From Candidatus Omnitrophota bacterium (GTDB taxonomy: Bacteria > Omnitrophota > Gorgyraeia > JAUYCX01), in NCBI GenBank assembly GCA_030692045.1, contig JAUYCX010000015.1:60065-84064 (forward strand): a stretch of 24,000 bases of DNA, given 5' to 3'. The notes under the pieces are model-generated. The model did no database searches and was not told the origin of the DNA. It was given only the letters and a program-made list of their open reading frames with translations. Positions 1-6,311 of the stretch are shown here, piece by piece (position 1 is the first letter of the stretch; every line of letters begins with the position of its first letter). A program made the position numbers and the translations under genes.

Positions 1-1102
1 TTAGTCTTAAATTGGGGTTTGGGTTTAAGTCGCATTTATTTACTAAACAGATAATCTTTTTGCCATTCAAATTTTGAATAATCATGTTATCTTCAAGATT
101 AAATTTAGAGCTTGCGTCTAAAACCAAAAGTACCAAATCAGCAGAATTTATAGATTCATGGCTTTTTTTAACTGCCTCAATCTCAACCAAATCGCGCGGC
201 TCAATTATTCCTGCAGTATCCACGAGCCTTACAGGAATTCCCTTAATATTAGCCGTCTCTTCAATTGTGTCACGAGTTGTGCCGGGGATATCTGTAACTA
301 TTGCTCGAGAATCCCTTAAAAGTATATTTAACAAAGAAGATTTGCCTACATTTGGCTTTCCGGCGATAACTACTCTTATGCCGTTACAGAGAATTTTTCC
401 CTGCGAGCTCGAATCAAGAAGTTTTTTAATTCTAATTTTAATTCTTTCGATTTTATTTGATAATTGAGATGTGTTATATTCTTTAATATCCTCATCGGGA
501 AAATCAATCGTGGCCTCAATTTGCGCATAAATATCCAGAAGAAAATTTCTTATCGCTTCAATCTCCTGAGAAAGTTTTCCTTTAAGCTGATTTAAACCAA
601 TTGCCAAGGCCTTATCAGTCCTAGCTTGGATAATGTTTAATACTGCCTCTGCCTGAATTAAATCAATGCGGCCGTTGATAAGGGCGCGCCTGGTGAATTC
701 TCCAGGCTCTGCCAGACGCGCACCATTCTTTAAAGTTAAATCCAAAATTCTCTTTAGCGGCACAATTCCGCTGTGACAATTAATCTCTGCGATATCTTCT
801 TTGGTGTAAGTCTTAGGTGAGCGCATTATTGTGAGAATTACTTCGTCGATAATTTCAGGCTTTGATATTTTATTGCCACACTCTCGATGCTCGATGCTCG
901 ATGCTCGATGCTCGTCAACAATCCAACCATAATGAATCGTATAAGTTTTAAAACTCGATGGCTTTTTATTATCTGAAGATTTAAAAATTTTATCAGCAAT
1001 TTTCAAGGCATCCTTGCCGCTTAAACGCACAATGCCAATACCTGCCTCGCCAATTGGTGTAGAAATTGCTGAAATTGTATCATCCAAATTCAATTCAGGC
1101 AT
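1..1102 (-). CDS. mnmE: tRNA modification GTPase MnmE/TrmE, partial (C-terminus lies beyond the left window edge)
   Basis: Absent from the ORF track because it has no stop inside the window. My minus-strand translation from the ATG (complement of 1100-1102) reads MPELNLDDTISAISTPIGEAGIGIVRLSG...INCHSGIVPLKRIL...PGEFTRRALINGRIDLIQAEAV...VVIAGKPNVGKSSLLN (G1)...VDTAG (G3)...LVNKCDL (G4) and stays open to position 1. The start overlaps the folC stop by 13 nt. Confidence 0.9.
   Translation of the reverse strand, partial: MPELNLDDTISAISTPIGEAGIGIVRLSGKDALKIADKIFKSSDNKKPSSFKTYTIHYGWIVDEHRASSIEHRECGNKISKPEIIDEVILTIMRSPKTYTKEDIAEINCHSGIVPLKRILDLTLKNGARLAEPGEFTRRALINGRIDLIQAEAVLNIIQARTDKALAIGLNQLKGKLSQEIEAIRNFLLDIYAQIEATIDFPDEDIKEYNTSQLSNKIERIKIRIKKLLDSSSQGKILCNGIRVVIAGKPNVGKSSLLNILLRDSRAIVTDIPGTTRDTIEETANIKGIPVRLVDTAGIIEPRDLVEIEAVKKSHESINSADLVLLVLDASSKFNLEDNMIIQNLNGKKIICLVNKCDLNPNPNLRL
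883..917. repeat. Tandem heptamer array CTCGATG x4 plus degenerate CTCGTCA, inside the mnmE coding sequence
   Basis: Direct reading: ctcgatg ctcgatg ctcgatg ctcgatg ctcgtca. It encodes ..EHRASSIEHRE.. on the minus strand. Confidence 0.95.
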
Positions 1103-2451
1103 AGTTGTCTTACTTCTCCCACCACAAATAAGGAACCGGTAACTAAAATTGTATCCTTTTCCTTAGCTTTCCTCAATGCTAAATTTATCGCCTCTTGAGT
1201 ATTTTGGGTTACGTTTATATTTTTATTTTGCGAAAAAAATTTCTTTAATTCTTCCGGCTCAGCTGCCCGAGGATTATCTGCTTTAGTAAGAATTATGTTT
1301 TCACTTAAGCCCTCAAGCTCTCTAACCACTCCTTGAATATCTTTATCATTAGAAATGCCAAAAACTAGAATCGCCTTAGCTGAATTCATGGCTTCTTTAA
1401 AGGTTTCTCTTAACGCTCTTGCCGAGGCGCTGTTGTGCGCAGAATCAAGAATTATCAATGGAGCATTTCTAATTAATTCAAATCTGCCTGGCCAGCGAGT
1501 TTGTGCTAAACCTTTCTTAATGACCTCTTTAAGAATATTGATATTGTTTAAACGCAGCGCTTCAATGCAAGCAACGGCAGTTGCCGCATTAATTATTTGA
1601 TGCCTGCCTAATAATCTTAACTTTAAATCATCATACCTCTCAAATATTCCTGAAAAGTTAAAGCTTTGGCTGTTAAAATTGCTTTTAACCTTGGAAAAAG
1701 AAAAATCCTTATTAAAGACAAATAATTTTGCCTTCAACTGAAGACAGCGCTCTTCAATTACTTGGAGAGCTTCTTTCTCCTGTTGGCTGACTACTACAAT
1801 TTGTCCATTATTTTTAATTATGCCTGATTTTTCTCCTGCAATTTCTTTTAGGGTATTACCCAATATCTGCGTATGCTCAAGACTAATAGGTGTAATGCAG
1901 GCAACCAAAGGACTGACCACATTTGTAGCATCTAACCTTCCGCCCATGCCAGTTTCTAAAACCGCAAAATCTACATTTTCATTTTTAAAATGCTCAAAAG
2001 CAATTGCAGTATAAACCTCAAAAAAACTTAAAGGTCCAAACTCAGAATTTTTATTGAATTTATCTATTACTGGTCTTAATTTTTCAACCAGATTTGTAAT
2101 CTCTTCCTTAGAAATTAATCCTTCAAAGTCGGTCATTAGTCTTTGGTCTATGGTCTTTGGTCTATGGTCTAATATTCTAATTCTTTCTCTAAAATCCCAC
2201 AAATGCGGCGAGGTATATAAACCCGTTTTAAATCCAGCTGCTCTTAAAATGTAAGCAATAAATGCGCAGGTTGAACCTTTTCCTTTTGAGCCGGCAATAT
2301 GAATAAATTTTAAATCTTTATGAGGATTGCTGATTATCTTCAAAAACTCCTTTATCCGCTCAAACCTAAATGATTCCTTATACGAATAATCGTCTTTATT
2401 TTCGTAGTTAATAAATGAATTTAAATATTTTTGAGTTTCTTTGAAAGTCAT
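1090..2451 (-). CDS. folC: Bifunctional folylpolyglutamate synthase / dihydrofolate synthase
   Basis: 453-aa ORF with an ATG start. Mur-ligase P-loop HIAGSKGKGST, then ETGMGGRLDATNV and a C-terminal Mur-ligase domain (ILDSAHNSASARAL). Confidence 0.9.
   Translation of the reverse strand: MTFKETQKYLNSFINYENKDDYSYKESFRFERIKEFLKIISNPHKDLKFIHIAGSKGKGSTCAFIAYILRAAGFKTGLYTSPHLWDFRERIRILDHRPKTIDQRLMTDFEGLISKEEITNLVEKLRPVIDKFNKNSEFGPLSFFEVYTAIAFEHFKNENVDFAVLETGMGGRLDATNVVSPLVACITPISLEHTQILGNTLKEIAGEKSGIIKNNGQIVVVSQQEKEALQVIEERCLQLKAKLFVFNKDFSFSKVKSNFNSQSFNFSGIFERYDDLKLRLLGRHQIINAATAVACIEALRLNNINILKEVIKKGLAQTRWPGRFELIRNAPLIILDSAHNSASARALRETFKEAMNSAKAILVFGISNDKDIQGVVRELEGLSENIILTKADNPRAAEPEELKKFFSQNKNINVTQNTQEAINLALRKAKEKDTILVTGSLFVVGEVRQLCLN
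2131..2172. repeat. Six tandem heptamers (GGTCATT AGTCTTT GGTCTAT GGTCTTT GGTCTAT GGTCTAA), 42 nt, inside the folC coding sequence
   Basis: Direct reading. 6 x 7 = 42 nt = 14 codons. The array encodes part of ..LDHRPKTIDQRLMTD.., which lies after the conserved ERI motif. Confidence 0.9.
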
Positions 2452-2461
2452 ATGTTTTAGA

Positions 2462-2520
2462 TTATCTGGTAATCTGGTTATCCGGGACTAGGGTATCAGG
2501 ATGTCTGGGCATCCGGGATA
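2462..2520. repeat. 8-nt-period array of ATCYGG-type units (copy A)
   Basis: ttatctgg taatctgg ttatccgg gactaggg tatcagga tgtctggg catccggg ata. Located directly upstream of the folC start. Confidence 0.85.
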
Positions 2521-2569
2521 AATTTAAAACAAAATTAGGACATTTCTTTATTATTCTCTACTTTTCTAT

Positions 2570-2585
2570 TAGGACATATGTCCTA
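2570..2585. promoter_or_regulatory. Perfect 16-bp palindrome TAGGACATATGTCCTA with extra half-sites nearby; candidate operator
   Basis: Palindrome read directly. Related half-sites are TTAGGACAT (2535-2543), TTAGACAA (2599-2606) and GTGTCCTA (2612-2619). All lie 120-170 nt upstream of folC. Confidence 0.4.
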
Positions 2586-2644
2586 TAAACTTATCCGATT
2601 AGACAAGCAATGTGTCCTATTGATATCAAAGGATAAAATAAGCC

Positions 2645-2690
2645 ATCCGGTTATCTGGCAATCTGGGACTAATATATCAGGTAATCCGGA
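2645..2690. repeat. 8-nt-period array of ATCYGG-type units (copy B), a direct repeat of copy A
   Basis: atccggtt atctggca atctggga ctaatat atcaggta atccgga. It aligns with 2462-2520 over about 50 nt in the same orientation, and copy A carries one extra unit. Confidence 0.85.
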
Positions 2691-2818
2691 AAATCATAAT
2701 GTTAACAGATACAAATAATTAGGGAGTTCTGAGGTAGATTCAAGTACCACAATTTCATTCCTTCTTATCCCTTAAAGTATGTATTAGGAGACCGCCAAAT
2801 GATTTTATAAAGTTTTTA

Positions 2819-3442
2819 TTAATTTAGGAGGTTGTTTTCGAGCTTTTTATCTATTAATTCTTTAGCTGAACCAATTAGTTTCATAAACGATAATGCTGAA
2901 CGTTGGAGCGAGACAATAATAATTGCATTGCTATCTCGCCCCAACAAAGAAGCTACTCTTTTGCCAAATTCCCAAAATAGCCAACCCTCCCAACTCTCAT
3001 CTTCGCCTGGACGCTCAAATTTATACTTAACATATTCATTTGTTCTTTGGTTGTATTCACTTATAAACCAATCGAAAGTTAAAACATCCGCCCGTATTTC
3101 TTTTAAGTAATCTGCGAAACTTTCCATAGTAATCTTATTTAATTTGTTTTCTAACGTTATTTCATGCTTCAGCCACATCTTATCTAAAACAAATGCTATT
3201 TCGGTAACAATTTTATCAAAAAGTTTGTTTCTAAACTCATCTCCGTACCAAAGAAAAAACAGTCTATCGCACAAATGTATTTCAAATAATAAAAACTCTT
3301 TCATCATAATATTCCACTCATTCTCATTTAAATCTTTAAAAATAGAGCTTCCTCCTAAAGTGGTTAGGAGAGTCGGTATTTCTGTTAAAATTGTATGCGT
3401 AAAAACTTCTGAATATACCTCTATATTTAAATTATTCATCAC
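2819..3442 (-). CDS. Hypothetical protein, no recognisable domain
   Basis: 207-aa ORF. The track start is GTG at 3442, and an ATG follows one codon later (3439). I recognise no motif. Confidence 0.55.
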   Translation of the reverse strand: MMNNLNIEVYSEVFTHTILTEIPTLLTTLGGSSIFKDLNENEWNIMMKEFLLFEIHLCDRLFFLWYGDEFRNKLFDKIVTEIAFVLDKMWLKHEITLENKLNKITMESFADYLKEIRADVLTFDWFISEYNQRTNEYVKYKFERPGEDESWEGWLFWEFGKRVASLLGRDSNAIIIVSLQRSALSFMKLIGSAKELIDKKLENNLLN

Positions 3443-3573
3443 ATCCCCACGTAACTATTAATTGTTTTTTAGTCATTTTCTTACTCTGCCCAAAACATAT
3501 CTAACCATTCTTGTATTACTATAATCCTGCCCAACAAACAACACGGTATATTCTCCATTTCTTAATAAACTAT

Positions 3574-3717
3574 TTACTTGTCCTGGTTACTTCCCTCGGA
3601 TACCAATGTTTTAACCTCATAAATGTTTCTATTCTTTCCCTTGTTATAAAGAGTAAGCCCTATGTTAATTAAATTGGTCAATGCTCCCAAAATAACTGTT
3701 GTTATCATCATTCCCAT
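3574..3717 (-). CDS. Candidate small membrane peptide (47 aa)
   Basis: Below the track size cutoff. A strong SD plus ATG (GGGGAGGTAAGAAATG) precedes MGMMITTVILGALTNLINIGLTLYNKGKNRNIYEVKTLVSEGSNQDK: one hydrophobic helix and a charged tail. Confidence 0.35.
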   Translation of the reverse strand: MGMMITTVILGALTNLINIGLTLYNKGKNRNIYEVKTLVSEGSNQDK

Positions 3718-3822
3718 TTCTTACCTCCCCTTATCTTCTTCAACATCTTAATATCTATCCAATATCTGTAAACTAAAAAACTTTTTTAAATTTTAGCTCT
3801 TTTCAGCTCCAAATCTGGCTCA

Positions 3823-4534
3823 AGCGAGCTGTTAGGTTCGTACGCACATTAAATTCTTTGGCAAATGTTTACGAGGAATTGCGGCGAAGTGAATGCAGAA
3901 ACTGACCATTTCGTTTAACAAGTTGTGGGAATTTCTGCAATGAACGAGCCGCAAACCGAAGTAAACGGCAAAGAATTTAGTGCGGTAGAATCCTAACAGC
4001 GAGCTAACTTAGCGTCTGCGAGCGAAAAAGAATTGAGTTGCTTAATAGAAATAACGGGTCCTGTCTTGGTTTGTTTTTCGCCGCACCGCTTGTCCTGCCC
4101 CAGCGAGGCAGGACTGCGCTCGAAGAAAATTTTCGCTCTGCCTGACTTCAATTATGACGGGCAACCCTGCCCGCTCAAATTTTCTAACGTGCGGCTCAAA
4201 TCTAAACCAAGCCATCCGTTAATCATTCAATTTTAGCGGGCTTGTTCAAAAACCTTTAGCAGATTTTAAAGGGGACTTTTTATCCGCCTTAGCAGAAGAC
4301 CACGGGTTTACTCCTAGATGGATGCGAAGAAAAAGCTGCTTCGGCGAGATGTCGCCAAAAAGCAAGCCGGAAACTTGTCAGCGGATAACCCCGACGAGTA
4401 TGCCGAAATTGTCGAAGAGAATTTCGGCATTTCTTACGAGTCGGGGTACATTAAGTTACCACGCCTGCGTGCCGCAACGCCGCACTTCAATGTGCAGGCA
4501 CGGGCTTGCCTGCGGGGCTCCATTGTCCCCTTTT
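3823..4534. ncRNA. GC-enriched, densely self-complementary noncoding block: candidate large structured RNA or nested palindromic-repeat cluster
   Basis: Consecutive helices read directly. (1) A 180-nt irregular hairpin at 3823-4005: GCTGTTAGG/CCTAACAGC, CGCAC.TAAATTCTTTG pairing, GTTTAC/GTAAAC, TGCGGC/GCCGCA, TGCAGAAA/TTTCTGCA. (2) A multi-stem domain at 4065-4211 closed by CTTGGTTT/AAACCAAG and GCCGCAC/GTGCGGC, containing GTCCTGCC/GGCAGGAC and CGGGCA/TGCCCG. (3) A domain at 4280-4388 closed by TTATCCGC/GCGGATAA. (4) A hairpin at 4389-4446: CCCCGAC/GTCGGGG and TGCCGAAATT/AATTTCGGCA. (5) Mutually exclusive GCCTGC/GCAGGC and GCAGGCA/TGCCTGC helices, followed by GGGG..CCCCTTTT. The ORFs called here overlap one another in two frames. 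Confidence 0.5.
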
Positions 4535-4542
4535 GCTGAAAA

Positions 4543-4587
4543 TATATTCGCGTATATTCGCGTTAGATTAGCATGAATTAGCGTTAG
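4543..4587. repeat. Short tandem repeats: TATATTCGCG x2, then ATTAGC-based repeats
   Basis: tatattcgcg tatattcgcg ttag attagca tga attagcg ttag. It abuts and overlaps the purH stop codon. Confidence 0.85.
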
Positions 4588-6140
4588 TGTTTAAAATGCC
4601 TCACACCAGTGGTAATCATCGGCACTCTGGATTTATTGCAGACTTTAATGATTTCCTCGTCGGAAATTGAGCCGCCGGGTTGGATTATCGCGGAAATTCC
4701 TGCCTTAATGGCTAATTTAACTGCATCCTCTTTGGGGAAAAAGGCATCTGATGCCAAAATACTGCCTTTAGCATTTTTGCCGGCTTTTCTTATGGCAATA
4801 ATTACACTTTCTACACGGCTGGTTTGTCCTGGACCAATACCCACAGTTTTTGTACCCTTTGCCAAAACAATAGCATTGGATTTGGTATGCTTAACTACCT
4901 TCCAGGCAAAAAGAAGAGAAGCAATTTGTGCTTTTGTAGGTTTTTTATTTGTGACTGTCTTTAAATCTGACTCTGAGATTTGCTTTGTATCCTTATCCTG
5001 CAAGAGCAATCCTCCGAAAACCTTTTTTAAGTCAAATTCTTCTTTATGGCTCGTTTCAAAAGGCATCTCCAATAGCCGGATATTTTTCTTTTGCTTTAAA
5101 ATCTCTAAAGCCTCCTCTTTAAAGCTCGGCGCAATAATGCATTCTAAAAATCCGCTTTTAGAAATCTCCTTAGCCAAATTTTTATCTACAGCCCTATTTA
5201 TTCCTACAATTCCGCCAAAGGCAGAGAGTTTATCGCTGTCCCAAGCATTTTTGTATGCCTTAATAATATCCTTATCTTCAGCCACACCGCAAGGATTATT
5301 ATGCTTGATAAATACAACTGCTGGATTAGAAAACTCTCTGATTAATTCAAATGCCGCATTTAAATCTAAAATGTTATTAAAGGATAACTCTTTACCGTGC
5401 AGTTGTTTTGCCTTAGCTAAACCAAAACCATTATCCTTCTGAGTATAAAATGCCGCCATCTGATGTGGATTTTCGCCGTAACGTAAATCCTGCAGTTTGG
5501 TAAATCTTAAAATCAAATCCTTAGGCAAGGCAGAAATTTCTTTTGCCTTTAATTTATTGCTTAGAAAATCATAAATTACACTGTCGTAGCGCGAGGTTGA
5601 ATTAAACACCTCAATTGCCAAATTTATTAAAATAGAATCTGAAATAATCCCATTATTATTCTCAAGTTCGGTTAAGATATCCTTGTATCTGGCGGGATTA
5701 CAAATAACTGCCACCCCCTTAAAATTCTTAGCACTTGAGCGCAGCATTGATGGCCCCCCGATATCAATATTTTCAATTGCCTCTTCTAATTTGACATCCT
5801 TTTTTTGAATCACCTTTTCAAAGGGGTATAAATTTATTACCGCCATATCAATAAGCCCGATATTATGCTCTTTTAATTGAGCCAAATGCTCCGGGTTTTC
5901 GCGCAAAGCCAGAAGCCCAGCGTGAATCTTAGGGTGCAAAGTCTTTACTCTTCCGTCGAGCATTTCTGGAAAACCCGTATATTCAGAAACCTCTTTAACT
6001 GGAATTCCTGCCTCTTTAATCATTTTGGCAGTGCCGCCAGTTGAAATAATTTCAATGCCTAATTTGTTTAAGCCTCTGGCAAAATCCACAATGCCGCTTT
6101 TATCAGAAACGCTAATCAATGCGCGCTTAACCTTAATCAT
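4584..6140 (-). CDS. purH: Bifunctional AICAR transformylase / IMP cyclohydrolase
   Basis: 518-aa ORF. N-terminal MGS-like domain (RALISVSDKSG...STGGTAK), and C-terminal AICARFT domain (FGGIVGINR, VLAKG..TVGIGPGQTSRV, ASDAFFP, IIQPGGSI.D). Confidence 0.95.
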   Translation of the reverse strand: MIKVKRALISVSDKSGIVDFARGLNKLGIEIISTGGTAKMIKEAGIPVKEVSEYTGFPEMLDGRVKTLHPKIHAGLLALRENPEHLAQLKEHNIGLIDMAVINLYPFEKVIQKKDVKLEEAIENIDIGGPSMLRSSAKNFKGVAVICNPARYKDILTELENNNGIISDSILINLAIEVFNSTSRYDSVIYDFLSNKLKAKEISALPKDLILRFTKLQDLRYGENPHQMAAFYTQKDNGFGLAKAKQLHGKELSFNNILDLNAAFELIREFSNPAVVFIKHNNPCGVAEDKDIIKAYKNAWDSDKLSAFGGIVGINRAVDKNLAKEISKSGFLECIIAPSFKEEALEILKQKKNIRLLEMPFETSHKEEFDLKKVFGGLLLQDKDTKQISESDLKTVTNKKPTKAQIASLLFAWKVVKHTKSNAIVLAKGTKTVGIGPGQTSRVESVIIAIRKAGKNAKGSILASDAFFPKEDAVKLAIKAGISAIIQPGGSISDEEIIKVCNKSRVPMITTGVRHFKH

Positions 6141-6162
6141 TATTTAACCTCCTTCAATGAGA

Positions 6163-6308
6163 CCACAATTTATGGAACGAAGTGAACATAAATTGTTTGG
6201 TCGAATTGAACCCAGCACTTATTTGTTCAGATTCATATCGCTGTCAAATAAGTGCTGGGTGTAATTCAGCCGAGCGACTTATGTCATTTCATTCCATAAG
6301 TCGCGGCT
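6163..6308. repeat. Three-hairpin palindromic module (copy B) filling the spacer between the YchF-like gene and purH
   Basis: HP1 6163-6200: ACAATTTATG/CATAAATTGT with loop GAACGAAGTGAA. HP2 6199-6271: GAATT..CCCAGCACTTATTTG/CAAATAAGTGCTGGG..AATTC. HP3 6268-6308: AGCCG.CGACTTATG/CATAAGTCG..CGGCT, whose loop reads GAATGAAATGA on the minus strand. Confidence 0.85.
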
Positions 6309-6311
6309 TCA

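Noticed and set aside
84-467. 127-aa plus-strand ORF from the track
   Set aside because: It lies antisense to the clearly conserved MnmE G-domain (GKPNVGKSS, DTAG, NKCD read on the minus strand). Its translation is low-complexity with no motifs.
1355-2254. Three plus-strand ORFs (1355-1600, 1820-2014, 2054-2254)
   Set aside because: All are antisense shadows inside folC, which has strong Mur-ligase motifs on the minus strand.
2462-2690. CRISPR array
   Set aside because: The units are only 8 nt and contiguous, with no spacers. There are only two array blocks and no cas genes in the window.
2832-3461. Plus-strand ORFs 2832-3110 and 3144-3461
   Set aside because: They are antisense to the longer 207-aa minus-strand ORF, Ser/Leu-rich and low-complexity, and have no SD. 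The minus-strand ORF is itself only moderately supported.
3823-4534. Known housekeeping or catalytic RNA (RNase P, tmRNA, SRP/4.5S, 6S, group II intron)
   Set aside because: I searched by eye on both strands. An AAAGUCC-like string at 4273-4279 (minus strand) has no matching P4 3' strand. There is no tRNA-like T-arm or ..ALAA tag frame. CAAGCCGGAAACUUG does not reproduce the SRP helix 8 loops. There is no GUGYG...domain V pattern and no RT ORF. The rejection is by eye only, so cmscan could overturn it.
4033-4576. ORFs 4033-4236, 4318-4539 and 4322-4576 in the GC-rich block
   Set aside because: Two of them overlap in different frames on the same strand. None has an SD. The sequence is better explained by nested inverted repeats, since arms translated in either direction stay open because of GC enrichment.
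4609-5442. 277-aa plus-strand ORF
   Set aside because: It is antisense to purH, which is unambiguous.
6141-6311. ZTP (pfl) or other purine-pathway riboswitch upstream of purH
   Set aside because: The region consists of three long near-perfect hairpins. It has no pseudoknotted two-subdomain arrangement and none of the GGGUCGUG / CCGCCUGGGC-type conserved strings I associate with ZTP. It is also homologous to a spacer at 11057-11243 that is unrelated to purine genes.
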